A model generated the notes under the pieces. The model saw only the letters and a list, made by a program, of their open reading frames with translations. It was not told where the DNA came from and did no database searches. The position numbers and the translations under genes are program-made. Source: Thermodesulfobacteriota bacterium (GTDB lineage: Bacteria > Desulfobacterota > Desulfobulbia > Desulfobulbales > SURF-16). From it: a DNA stretch of 64,000 nucleotides. Below, in pieces: positions 41,715 to 51,187 of this stretch. The DNA lies in NCBI GenBank assembly GCA_040755455.1, contig JBFMAY010000017.1:10580-74579 (forward strand), given 5' to 3'. Every line of letters begins with the position of its first letter. The stretch's first letter is position 1.

Positions 41715-43081
41715 TACTGGCCACCTGCTTCCATACCCTGTGCGATACGCATCTCTCCAGACAGGTCGGGGAACGTCACCTTGAGGGATGAATCCTGTAC
41801 CGTGGCGGTTTTCCCTTTGTAGGTGCCAGAGTAGGTATTCAGAAACAATTCCCTGGGGGCCATGTTCAAGACCTCGGTGTGCTTGATTCGGACTTCCTCT
41901 GTTTCCCGGATAGACAGCCCACCGCCCAGGGAGATAATCGGCGAGAACCGCCGTTGTTCGCCGAGATGTTCGGAAACATAGCTGGCGGTATGAGCGTCAG
42001 GGACCCGCATGAAGAGTTTAGTGTTGCAGTTATCAAGAATGGTATTGGCCCGGTTTTCACCCACTTCTGCGAACAACTGGCTGATGGACTGACAATAGCC
42101 ATGAATGAAAACACCGGCCCCGCCGGCCTTGGCGAACAGATCTTCGATGCCCTGGTAAAGCACTGATTGCGCTTCATCAATATGCAGGACCAGCGTCGGG
42201 GTGACATTTTTACCGCTGGAATAGACCCGGCCCACAAAGGCCTGAATCATGGAGATGATGACCTTGCCTGCCGTATACGCTGCCCGTTTGGTGAGCAGCG
42301 AGCCAAGCTGCACCACCAGGATGATACCCTCTCCCTGTTCCAGTCGTCGGACAAAACGGTTTTCGTCCGCCTTACCGATGATCCTGCCGACATTTCCCGA
42401 GGTAAGTTCAGTGAGGGCAACCCGCAGGGAACTGGCTACCTTGGAATAGTAATCGGCCGGGGTGCTCAGGATTTTCTGTATGTCCCTGGAAAGCTGCTCC
42501 GCCTCCGGTGTGTCGATGTAATCAATTTTTTCCTTCAACCGTTCAAGGTCCTGGTGGCTGATGTGATTCTTGATGTCATTGAGATTGAAAGATGGTTTTC
42601 TGCCGGCAACCTCGGCCAGCAGGATCAGGGCCTGGACCACCACCAGGCTCACCTCATAGGCCACGCCGAAGAAATACGGCTCTCTTCCCACCGCCACCCC
42701 GGCGGTGATATGAGCCACCAATTCTTCCGGCATATAGTAAGAGGAAAGCGGATCGAGAATGGCGCTGTATTGGGGAAAAATAGGAGTGATCAGCATCAGA
42801 TCCTGCTTGCGGCCCGTATCCATGGCAATTTGGGTGATTTTGGAAAAGAGATCGATATCGCCCTTGGGATCAATGGCCACCACGGAATAGCCCTTGCGGA
42901 TATCCTGCTCGATGATGTGTTCCATGACCCGGGTCTTACCGACCCTGGTGGTACCGAAACACCAGAAATGACCTTTCCGGAAGGAATCGGGAAAGCCCAA
43001 CTCCAGAATGGTATTCGGATGATCGAGATGTACCCCGGTGCCGATCATGGTCCATGGTTCTTTTGATTTGCGTTTGAACAT
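41714..43081 (-). CDS. type IV coupling protein (TraD-like ATPase)
   Basis: Walker A GTTRVGKT, IDPKGD, Walker B LHIDEA. Confidence 0.85.
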   Translation of the reverse strand: MFKRKSKEPWTMIGTGVHLDHPNTILELGFPDSFRKGHFWCFGTTRVGKTRVMEHIIEQDIRKGYSVVAIDPKGDIDLFSKITQIAMDTGRKQDLMLITPIFPQYSAILDPLSSYYMPEELVAHITAGVAVGREPYFFGVAYEVSLVVVQALILLAEVAGRKPSFNLNDIKNHISHQDLERLKEKIDYIDTPEAEQLSRDIQKILSTPADYYSKVASSLRVALTELTSGNVGRIIGKADENRFVRRLEQGEGIILVVQLGSLLTKRAAYTAGKVIISMIQAFVGRVYSSGKNVTPTLVLHIDEAQSVLYQGIEDLFAKAGGAGVFIHGYCQSISQLFAEVGENRANTILDNCNTKLFMRVPDAHTASYVSEHLGEQRRFSPIISLGGGLSIRETEEVRIKHTEVLNMAPRELFLNTYSGTYKGKTATVQDSSLKVTFPDLSGEMRIAQGMEAGGQ

Positions 43082-43827
43082 TATTTTCCTGGTAGGGCCC
43101 TGACGATTTTCACCTGGACCCGCTCTTTCAGTTCCCGATCCACGGCAATGATGGCTTTTTTCGACAGCGGTTTCGTGGTCAGGATGATGCTTTTATGACC
43201 GACATATCGTTTGACGCAACGCAACCGAACCTTTTCCGCTTCTGCCCCCAGGTGGCTCTTCAGCAGATTCTCAACAAGAGTTTTCGAAACCCGATCCACA
43301 ATCACCTTGAGCCGTGGGGTCCCGTTCAGGGAAATAGGTTCTACTCGGCGAAGATGAAAGGCGCGTTTTCTGCCGGCCGAAAATTCAACTGAATTCCGTT
43401 CGTGGATTCCGATCCGGTTAAGTGGGCAGACGGCGATTACCGATTCATTTAGGACCACCTCGGTTTCTACCAGAAGGTTCCCTTCCTGATCGCGCCCCAC
43501 AATCTCACCCCAGCGCCATTCTTTTTCATAGTTTTTGTATATTGCCGTCTCTTTCAGCACCGCCGCTTTTGCCAAACTATCTTCAATATACCGAAGAATA
43601 GTCTTCCGGCCTTTAATTTGACAGAAATCAATCACTTTCTGCATGATTACTCCGCCGGAATCATTGTAGGCCACAGCCTCCAGGCATAAGTCTGCGCGGA
43701 AGAACACCATTACCTGTAGCCGATACCAGCGGGAAAGCATGGAGGAGAAAACTGCTTCAATCTCCGTCATGACTTCGGGTTTGGTGAGACCGTATTTGCC
43801 AGTTAAAGAAGTGATTATTTTCTGCAC
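43081..43827 (-). CDS. NusA-like protein (N-terminal domain, S1, KH1)
   Basis: colinear resemblance to NusA: Y..YEKE..GEIV...GNLLVE; P.LKVIVDRV...LVENLL; KRYVGHKSII; AVDRELKERVQV. Confidence 0.6.
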   Translation of the reverse strand: MQKIITSLTGKYGLTKPEVMTEIEAVFSSMLSRWYRLQVMVFFRADLCLEAVAYNDSGGVIMQKVIDFCQIKGRKTILRYIEDSLAKAAVLKETAIYKNYEKEWRWGEIVGRDQEGNLLVETEVVLNESVIAVCPLNRIGIHERNSVEFSAGRKRAFHLRRVEPISLNGTPRLKVIVDRVSKTLVENLLKSHLGAEAEKVRLRCVKRYVGHKSIILTTKPLSKKAIIAVDRELKERVQVKIVRALPGK

Positions 43828-44004
43828 GAAGTTGCCACCTGTTGTCCCGTTGAATAGCCACGCAAGTGTTGTTGGCCCTTAATAGCTTTTTCAGGAGGGA
43901 TGACGCGTGGTGGACGGTCTGTTTCTCGTCTTCGATATTTTCCAATGCAAAATTAAATAGTTATAATGTTTGCAGGGTGATTGAAAGGAGAGTGCAATAA
44001 TTGC

Positions 44005-44054
44005 TTGACAAGGGATAAAAGACTACATATTTTAAAAGTAAGTAATCAATTACT
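44005..44054 (+). promoter_or_regulatory. sigma70 promoter plus palindromic operator
   Basis: TTGACA-17-TATTTT; AGTAATCAATTACT palindrome at 44041-44054. Confidence 0.65.
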
Positions 44055-44071
44055 ATCTTTTAGGGGGACTT

Positions 44072-44680
44072 ATGAAGCGAAGCGCAAAACATCTTCCAGC
44101 AGAAGAGCGCCGTACAGTGACAGTCGAAGCCTTGGTCGAATTGGCTGCGGAACAAAATCCCAATGATATCACCACAGCGGCGATTGCTCATCGCATGGGA
44201 TTGACCCAGGGTGCTCTTTTTCGCCATTTTCCCAACAAGGCCGCGATCCTGCAAACAGTGATGGAATGGGTGACCCAACGACTACTGTCTAAATTAGAGA
44301 AAGCCGCGCTGGCCGCACCATCCGCGATTGCGGCGCTTGAAGCCATGTTTCTGGCCCATGCGGAATTTGTCGCCGAACATCCGGGAGTGCCCCGCATTTT
44401 ATTCGGGGAGCTGCAGCGGGCTGAAAAAACAGCTTCCAAGCGTTTGGTGCAGACCCTCATAAAGCAATATGGGGAGCGACTGAAGCGACTGATCGAGGAA
44501 GGGAAAAAAAATGGGGAACTGAATGCCCAGCTTGATACGGAGTCAGCCGCCCTTCTCTTTATCGGCAGTATTCAGGGACTGGTAATGCAATCGCTTCTTG
44601 CAGGGGATGCCGATTTCATCCGCCATAATGCTTCCGGAGTCTTCGCTGTCTATTGCAGCGGCATCAGGAGAAAACAATGA
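44072..44680 (+). CDS. TetR-family regulator
   Basis: HTH IAHRMGLTQGALFRHF. Confidence 0.92.
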   Translation: MKRSAKHLPAEERRTVTVEALVELAAEQNPNDITTAAIAHRMGLTQGALFRHFPNKAAILQTVMEWVTQRLLSKLEKAALAAPSAIAALEAMFLAHAEFVAEHPGVPRILFGELQRAEKTASKRLVQTLIKQYGERLKRLIEEGKKNGELNAQLDTESAALLFIGSIQGLVMQSLLAGDADFIRHNASGVFAVYCSGIRRKQ

Positions 44681-45828
44681 AACGTCTATCCTTCCAAAAT
44701 CGTACACTGGCACTGCTGGTTGTGCTTTTACCCCTCGTAGCGCTATTTCTCTATGTAGCCCTGCGATCCGGCCCTCTTGCACCGGTTCCGGTAACAGTGA
44801 AAGCGGTGGAAAACCGTGCCATCGCGCCCGCAATGTTCGGCATAGGCACGGTGGAAGCTCGCTATACCTATAAAATCGGTCCTACCTATGCCGGACGGGT
44901 CAAGAGATTGAAGGTGCAGGTCGGAGACCGGGTTTCGGCTGGCGAAATACTTGGAGAGATGGATCCGGTCGATCTCGACGAACGAATTCGCGCCCAGGAG
45001 GCCGCGCAAAAACGAGCCGAGGCCCAGTTGCGCGAGGCCCGGGTGCACCAGGCATATGCGAAGGAGCAGGCCGGTCGCTACGAACAATTGCTGGCAGCGC
45101 GATCCACAAGCGAGGAAATCGTTTCCACCAAATTACATGATTTGAAGGCGGCCGAGGCGGTTTTGATCGCATCGGAAGAGGAATTCTCCAGGATTCGAGC
45201 CGAACACGAGGCTCTGGTCGCACAGCGCCACAACCTGCTGCTTCGTGCACCTGTCAACGGTCTCGTCACTCTGCGCAATGCGGATCCCGGTTCCACCGTT
45301 GTGGCCGGCCAGTCGGTTGTGGAGGTGATCGATCCCACGAGCATATGGATCAATGTGCGTTTTGATCAGATTCATGCGCAGGGGCTGGCGTCGGAGTTGC
45401 CGGCTCAGATTGTGCTCCGCTCGCAAAAAGGCGATCCGTTAAACGGTCGCGTGTTGCGGGTGGAACCTTTGGCTGACCCGGTAACCGAGGAAACCCTGGC
45501 CAAGGTGGTGTTTGATCAGCTCCCCCAACCCCTGCCGCCGATAGGTGAACTGGCGGAAATAACCATCACCTTGCCGCCGCTTCCCGAAAATCCGGTCATC
45601 CCCGATGCTGCCATCCAGCGCAATGGTGAAAGGATGGGCGTGTGGCAGGTAACGGACGGGAACCTGCACTTTACTCCGGTGTCCTTGGGCAAGGCCGACC
45701 TTGCAGGAAATGTGCAGGTGCGCGAAGGGCTCAAAGCCGGCGATCAAGTTGTGGTTTACAGTGCCAATTTCCTCCAGGCGCGGAGCAGAATTCGCGTTGT
45801 CGACCATATCCCGGGGGTAAAGCCATGA
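44677..45828 (+). CDS. efflux periplasmic adaptor (HlyD/MFP)
   Basis: N-terminal TM, VQVGDRV, coiled coil, LRAPVNG, GLKAGDQVV. Confidence 0.9.
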   Translation: MKRLSFQNRTLALLVVLLPLVALFLYVALRSGPLAPVPVTVKAVENRAIAPAMFGIGTVEARYTYKIGPTYAGRVKRLKVQVGDRVSAGEILGEMDPVDLDERIRAQEAAQKRAEAQLREARVHQAYAKEQAGRYEQLLAARSTSEEIVSTKLHDLKAAEAVLIASEEEFSRIRAEHEALVAQRHNLLLRAPVNGLVTLRNADPGSTVVAGQSVVEVIDPTSIWINVRFDQIHAQGLASELPAQIVLRSQKGDPLNGRVLRVEPLADPVTEETLAKVVFDQLPQPLPPIGELAEITITLPPLPENPVIPDAAIQRNGERMGVWQVTDGNLHFTPVSLGKADLAGNVQVREGLKAGDQVVVYSANFLQARSRIRVVDHIPGVKP

Positions 45829-47030
45829 TCAGTCTGGCAGGAAGAGACATCATGCATTCCTGGGGCAAGTTTGTCTTTACGGGCATGGGACTCGGGCTGT
45901 TGATCGGTGTCACCCTCTCCATGGCTGGCATCTATCGCGGTATGGTGGATGACGCCAAGGTGCTGCTCGACAACAGCAGCGCCGACCTCTGGGTGGTGCA
46001 AAAGGATACGCTTGGTCCCTATGCGGAATCATCGAGCATCTACGATGACGTCTGGCGTAGGATACGGGCGATGCCAGGCGTGACCAGAGCGGCAAACATC
46101 ACCTATCTCACCATGCAGGTCCGACACGGTGATCGTGATGTGCGCTCCATGGTTACCGGCATCGCAGCAGGCGAGCCCGGCACCCCCGGCTGGCCGCGGA
46201 CTCTGGTGGCCGGCCGACATATTAGCCGGGGGCATTATGAGGCGGTGGCAGACATTGCTTCCGGATTCAAGATCGGCGATCGCCTACAGATCCGCCGGAA
46301 TCAATACCTAGTGGTCGGTTTGACCCGGCGCATGGTTTCATCCAATGGCGACCCCATGATATTCATCCCCCTCAAGGATGCCCAGGAAGCGCAATTCCTC
46401 AAGGACAACGACGCCATCCGAGAACAGCGACGCCGCACCGCGGCAAACCCTGCATTCAATCGCCCGCAGGTTCCAGGTCTGCTTGATGCCGTCATTGCTT
46501 CTCAAAGTATCAATCCTTATGTGAACGCTATACTGGTGCAGGTCGAAAGAGGCCATGACGCAGCAGATGTGGCCCAAACAATCCGAAATTGGAAACGGCT
46601 CACCGTCTACACGCGAAACCAGATGGAGGAGATTCTCGTCGGTAAGCTGATCGCCACTTCGGCCAGACAAATCGCCATGTTTCTGGTGATCCTTTCGATG
46701 GTCAGCTCGGCCATTGTCGCCTTCATAATCTATACCCTGACCCTTGGCAAGATTCGCGAGATCGCGGTACTGAAACTGATCGGCACCAAAAATCGCACCA
46801 TCGCCGGCCTTATCCTGCAACAGGCCGTGGCTCTGGGGGTGATCGGCTTCGTGGTAGGCAAGATTTCCGCCACTTTGTTGATGGCGCCGATTTTTCCCAA
46901 GCATGTGCTGCTGGAGCCCCTCGATTCCGTCCTCGGCTTTATCGCGGTGGTGCTGATCTGCCTGCTGTCAAGCATCATCGCCATTCACACAGCCCTCAAG
47001 GTGGATCCCGCCGAGGCCATAGGAGGGTAA
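45825..47030 (+). CDS. MacB/FtsX-type ABC permease
   Basis: ADLWV, REIAVLKLIG, DPAEAIGG. Confidence 0.9.
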   Translation: MISLAGRDIMHSWGKFVFTGMGLGLLIGVTLSMAGIYRGMVDDAKVLLDNSSADLWVVQKDTLGPYAESSSIYDDVWRRIRAMPGVTRAANITYLTMQVRHGDRDVRSMVTGIAAGEPGTPGWPRTLVAGRHISRGHYEAVADIASGFKIGDRLQIRRNQYLVVGLTRRMVSSNGDPMIFIPLKDAQEAQFLKDNDAIREQRRRTAANPAFNRPQVPGLLDAVIASQSINPYVNAILVQVERGHDAADVAQTIRNWKRLTVYTRNQMEEILVGKLIATSARQIAMFLVILSMVSSAIVAFIIYTLTLGKIREIAVLKLIGTKNRTIAGLILQQAVALGVIGFVVGKISATLLMAPIFPKHVLLEPLDSVLGFIAVVLICLLSSIIAIHTALKVDPAEAIGG

Positions 47031-47031
47031 A

Positions 47032-47739
47032 ATGAGCGGCAAAGGTATTCTTATCGAAGGGGTGAGAAAACGTTACGGCAGCGGAGACACCGCAGTTGAT
47101 GCCCTGAAAAACGTCAATATGCAGGTGGCCCCTGGCGAGGTGGTCGGCCTGATCGGGCCATCCGGCTCCGGCAAGACCACCCTGCTGAAAGCACTCGGAG
47201 CGGTGATCGAGCCCACCGCCGGGAAAATGACCATCGGCGGCGAGGTGATTTATGACGACGGCTGGAAGGTTGACGACTTGCGGGCTTTGCGCCGCGACAA
47301 AATCGGCTTTGTTTTCCAGGCGCCGTATCTCATACCCTTTCTCGATGTCACAGACAACGTCGCGCTGCTCCCCATGCTGGCAGGGGTGCCGAACGCCGAG
47401 GCCCGTAGCCGGGCGATCCAACTGTTCAAGGCCCTAGATGTAGAGCACAGAGCCAAGGCCATGCCCTCACAGCTCTCCGGCGGAGAACAGCAGAGGATAG
47501 CCATCGCCCGCGGCCTGGTCAATCATCCGCCGGTGATCCTCGCTGACGAGCCTACCGCACCGCTTGACAGTGAACGGGCGTTGGCGGTGATCCGGATACT
47601 GAACGACATGGCGAGAAAATTTGAAACCGCCGTCATCGTCGTCACCCACGACGAAAAAATCATTCCGACCTTCAAGCGCATTTATCATATCAGGGACGGC
47701 GTGACCTACGAAGAGGCCGGGGAAGGACGAGATTTTTAA
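47032..47739 (+). CDS. ABC ATPase (LolD/MacB-like)
   Basis: GPSGSGKT, LSGGEQQR, ADEPT. Confidence 0.92.
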   Translation: MSGKGILIEGVRKRYGSGDTAVDALKNVNMQVAPGEVVGLIGPSGSGKTTLLKALGAVIEPTAGKMTIGGEVIYDDGWKVDDLRALRRDKIGFVFQAPYLIPFLDVTDNVALLPMLAGVPNAEARSRAIQLFKALDVEHRAKAMPSQLSGGEQQRIAIARGLVNHPPVILADEPTAPLDSERALAVIRILNDMARKFETAVIVVTHDEKIIPTFKRIYHIRDGVTYEEAGEGRDF

Positions 47740-47785
47740 TGAGGGAATATTTCGTGTAGCTTCCTTTCCTTAATGGAGGTTTTTT

Positions 47786-49234
47786 ATGAATAAATTCAGA
47801 AAAATAAGCGGATGCATTTTATCCGTATGCATCCTGTCCATTATTTTTTCGGGATGCACAGTTGGTCCCGACTTCAGGAGGCCAACGATGCCGGAGGTCT
47901 CCACCTACACCGTAACTCCACTGCCGGATCGCACAGTTCCCGCATCCACAGCATTGGGGGATCCACAACAGTTTGTCTCCGGCGGCCTGGTCAATCCGCA
48001 GTGGTGGCAAGAACTCGGTTCCCCCAGGCTCGATATCCTGATCGGGGAAGCCTTGCAGGCAAATCCGACCCTTGCCGGCGCGCAGGCCACATTGCGTCAG
48101 ATGCGTGAACTCTATGCCGCTCAAGCCGGGGCGACCCTGTATCCGCAAGTGAACGCCAACCTTGACGGCCAGCGGCAGAAATCGAACCCCAGCGCTTTGG
48201 GGCTGACTGGAGAAGCCCGGGAATTCAGCTTTTTCAACGCCGGGATGGTCTTAAACTACACGTTCGATCTGTCGGGCGGGAATCGTCGCTCTCTGGAAGC
48301 CCTGGCTGCAAAAATTGACTACCAGCGTTACCAACTTGAGGGCGCTCAGCTCACGTTGGCGGCAAATGTCGTCTCCACCGCCGTTACCCAAGCTAAGCTG
48401 ACCTCGCAAATCGAATTCCTGGAGGCCGTTCTCTCCTCCCGAGAAGAACAGCTGCAACTGACCAGAGACCGGGTTCGACTCGGTCAAGCCGCTCCCTATG
48501 AGGTTCTGGCCCTGGAAACCCAAGTGGAAGAGACACGGGCCGAAATTCCTTTGCTGAAAAATCAGCTGCAGCAGGCTGGGCATCTGCTTGCCGTATTAGC
48601 GGGCCGACCGCCGGCAACGGCTGATTTTCCGGCATTTACGCTGGATGAGTTCCGTCTGCCGACCGAGCTTCCGTTGACCGTGCCTTCCGAGTTGCTACGT
48701 TCCCGCCCGGATATTCGAGCCGCCGAGGCCCTTCTGCATGCGGCAAATGCCGAATACGGCGTAGCAGTCTCCAAGCTGTATCCTCAACTCAACCTCAGCG
48801 CCAATCTCGGCTCCCAGGCCTTGACCACCTCTGCATTGTTCGGAAGCGGTTCTGCTGTCTGGAGCCTGGTAGGCCACTTGACACAGCCTCTTTTTAACCC
48901 TGGCTTACCCGCTGAAAAACGCGCGGCGTTGGCTGCATTGGATGCGGCGGCGGCGAATTACCAAAACGTGGTGCTGGAATCCCTGCGTAATGTGGCCGAT
49001 GTGCTGCGGGCATTGGAAAACGACGCACTGCGGCTTGCCGCTCTCTCCCTGGCGGAGAAGGCTGCACAGGGCTCACTGGAATCGGTGCGGCAACAGTATG
49101 ACCTGGGTGCAGCCAGCTATATCCAACTGCTTACCGCACAACAGCAGTCACTGCAAACACGAATCAAACTGGTAGAGGGCCAGGCGCGGCGTCTTACCGA
49201 TAGCGCGGCATTGTATCAGGCCATGGGGGGATGA
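47786..49234 (+). CDS. outer-membrane efflux lipoprotein (NodT/OprM family)
   Basis: lipobox SGCTVGPDF, WWQELG, PSELLRSRPDI, LYQAMGG. Confidence 0.92.
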   Translation: MNKFRKISGCILSVCILSIIFSGCTVGPDFRRPTMPEVSTYTVTPLPDRTVPASTALGDPQQFVSGGLVNPQWWQELGSPRLDILIGEALQANPTLAGAQATLRQMRELYAAQAGATLYPQVNANLDGQRQKSNPSALGLTGEAREFSFFNAGMVLNYTFDLSGGNRRSLEALAAKIDYQRYQLEGAQLTLAANVVSTAVTQAKLTSQIEFLEAVLSSREEQLQLTRDRVRLGQAAPYEVLALETQVEETRAEIPLLKNQLQQAGHLLAVLAGRPPATADFPAFTLDEFRLPTELPLTVPSELLRSRPDIRAAEALLHAANAEYGVAVSKLYPQLNLSANLGSQALTTSALFGSGSAVWSLVGHLTQPLFNPGLPAEKRAALAALDAAAANYQNVVLESLRNVADVLRALENDALRLAALSLAEKAAQGSLESVRQQYDLGAASYIQLLTAQQQSLQTRIKLVEGQARRLTDSAALYQAMGG

Positions 49235-49243
49235 ATAATCTGT

Positions 49244-49288
49244 TTGACAAGAATTCGGTCAATCACTATTGTGAATTTAAATTCACAA
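49244..49288 (+). promoter_or_regulatory. sigma70 promoter overlapped by a perfect 20-bp palindromic operator
   Basis: TTGACA-17-TATTGT; TTGTGAATTTAAATTCACAA at 49269-49288. Confidence 0.7.
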
Positions 49289-49300
49289 CAAGGTGCGTTG

Positions 49301-49909
49301 ATGACAACAGAGAAACTGCCAACCGAAGTCAGAAAGGAACAGATAGTCGAGGCGGCACTGCATGTTCTGAGTGGCAACCATATCAAAAAACTGAAAATGA
49401 GTGATGTGGCGGAGCACATGGGGCTGACCCCCTCCGCTTTATACCGACATTTTAAAAATAGAGACGCCCTACTGAGCGCAATTCTGGAACATATCCGCAC
49501 AAAGCTGCATGCAAGCCTGGAAAGTGTCAGGCAACAGTCTGATAACTCGATTGACCGGTTAAAAGAGATGCTTGTGCGCCATGCACGATTGATCAGCGAG
49601 CAGCCGGGTATTCCTAGAATTGTGTTTTCCGATGAGCTCTGGGGGCAAAAAAGGGAACGCCGGCTCAGGATGTATCGGATCGTTACGGGGTATCTTGCCG
49701 AGATAGAGGATATTGTCCGACAGGGCCAGGGAAGCGGCCAAATAAGAAAAAAATTAGACGCGAGCGTTGTTGCAAAAATGTTCTTCGGCATTGTTCAACC
49801 TGCTGCCCTTCTCTGGCATATGAGCGATGGCGAGTTTGACGTTAAAGGACATGTTGCCGAGGCGTGGCCTGTTTTTCTGGAGTTGCTCACCGACCCTAAT
49901 TTTTTCTAG
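49301..49909 (+). CDS. TetR-family regulator (second)
   Basis: VAEHMGLTPSALYRHF; resembles 44072-44680 (PGIPRI versus PGVPRI). Confidence 0.9.
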   Translation: MTTEKLPTEVRKEQIVEAALHVLSGNHIKKLKMSDVAEHMGLTPSALYRHFKNRDALLSAILEHIRTKLHASLESVRQQSDNSIDRLKEMLVRHARLISEQPGIPRIVFSDELWGQKRERRLRMYRIVTGYLAEIEDIVRQGQGSGQIRKKLDASVVAKMFFGIVQPAALLWHMSDGEFDVKGHVAEAWPVFLELLTDPNFF

Positions 49910-49912
49910 TTA

Positions 49913-49930
49913 TGTGAAATTATATTCACA
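49913..49930 (+). promoter_or_regulatory. second copy of the TGTGAA-N6-TTCACA operator
   Basis: TGTGAAATTATATTCACA before the ferredoxin gene. Confidence 0.6.
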
Positions 49931-49946
49931 AAAGTGAGGTATTGTC

Positions 49947-50138
49947 ATGAAAACACCGATCGTTGACCATGAATTGTGCATAGGCTGCGGGGTTTGCGCG
50001 GAATTCTGCCCGCAAGTCTTTGAAATCAGAGATGAAAAATCTTGGGTTATAGGGCCGGACCAATGCGGCACTTGCGATTGCGAAGAAGCGGTTGACTCTT
50101 GCCCGGTTGCCGCCATAGAACTTAAAGAAGCCGATTAA
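49947..50138 (+). CDS. ferredoxin (single [4Fe-4S] type)
   Basis: CIGCGVCAEFCP...SCPVAAI. Confidence 0.92.
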   Translation: MKTPIVDHELCIGCGVCAEFCPQVFEIRDEKSWVIGPDQCGTCDCEEAVDSCPVAAIELKEAD

Positions 50139-50176
50139 GGACAAAAGCAGTCCAAATCAAAAAAGGAGGAACCATC

Positions 50177-50791
50177 ATGAAAACAACACATTTGTTTATC
50201 GGAGTATTTGTCGTGATAATCTTGTTGGCGGGAGCGATGATTGTTCCTGCCAGCAGCTTTGCCCATTGCGATACCCTTGACGGGCCTGTAGTCGCAACGG
50301 CCAGGGTCGCCTTGGAAAAAGGGAACATAACGCCGCTGCTGAAGTGGGTCCGGCCGGAGAATGAACAGGAAATCAAAGCAGCCTTTGACAAAACCTTGGC
50401 AGTGCGCGTCAAAGGTCCTGAGGCAAAGGAATTGGCCGATATGTATTTCTTTGAAACCCTGGTCCGTATACACCGTGCCGGCGAAGGGGCCCCCTATACG
50501 GGTTTGAAACCCGGCGAGGCGATTGACCCGGCTGTGGCCTTGGCCGACAAGGCCCTGGAAAGCGGCAATGTCGATAAGTTGGTCAATGTGCTGACCAATG
50601 CCATGGCCAACGGCATCAGGGAACGTTTTGCCAAAGCCTATGAAAATCAAGGGCATGCTGACGAAACTGTTGCGGCGGGCAGAGAATTCGTCGAGTCCTA
50701 TGTCATCTTTACTCATTATGTGGAGGGGCTGCACGGGTTGATCAAGGGGGGAGCCGCCCATCATACCGGTGAAGGGGGTGACGGTCATTAA
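50177..50791 (+). CDS. exported protein starting HCDTLDGPVV after the signal peptide (DUF6448-like)
   Basis: signal peptide ending SSFA; FFETLVRIHRAGEGAPYTGLKP. Confidence 0.75.
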   Translation: MKTTHLFIGVFVVIILLAGAMIVPASSFAHCDTLDGPVVATARVALEKGNITPLLKWVRPENEQEIKAAFDKTLAVRVKGPEAKELADMYFFETLVRIHRAGEGAPYTGLKPGEAIDPAVALADKALESGNVDKLVNVLTNAMANGIRERFAKAYENQGHADETVAAGREFVESYVIFTHYVEGLHGLIKGGAAHHTGEGGDGH

Positions 50792-50819
50792 AGTCAGTTT
50801 GAAATTTTATAGAGGCATG

Positions 50820-51182
50820 ATGGAGGATATTCAAATCAAACGAATCTATAGCCTTGCCGAGAAGGGAGATGGATTTCGCATCCTTGTCGACCGGGTTTGG
50901 CCTCGTGGAATGACAAAAGAGCAGGTTAAGGCGGATCTGTGGTTAAAGGATGCCGCACCGAGTACGGCCTTGCGAAAGTGGTTCAGTCATGATCGATCAA
51001 AGTGGGAATTGTTCAAGAACCGTTACTTTTCGGAGCTAGATACAAAGCAGGAAATTGTGTCGAGGTTGCTGAAAGAAAGTGCGAAAGGACGCCTGACGCT
51101 TTTATTCTCAGCTCGGGATACGGAATGCAACCAAGCGGTTGCTTTGAGGGAGTATTTGCTTTCGCACACTGCAAGAGGATAA
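50820..51182 (+). CDS. DUF488/YeaO-family protein
   Basis: KRIY...DGFRILVDRVWPRG...APSTALRKWF. Confidence 0.88.
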   Translation: MEDIQIKRIYSLAEKGDGFRILVDRVWPRGMTKEQVKADLWLKDAAPSTALRKWFSHDRSKWELFKNRYFSELDTKQEIVSRLLKESAKGRLTLLFSARDTECNQAVALREYLLSHTARG

Positions 51183-51187
51183 AAGTC

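Noticed and set aside
49269..49288. CRP/FNR/HcpR site
   Set aside because: Spacing is TGTGA-N8-TCACA rather than N6; it fits a TetR operator better.
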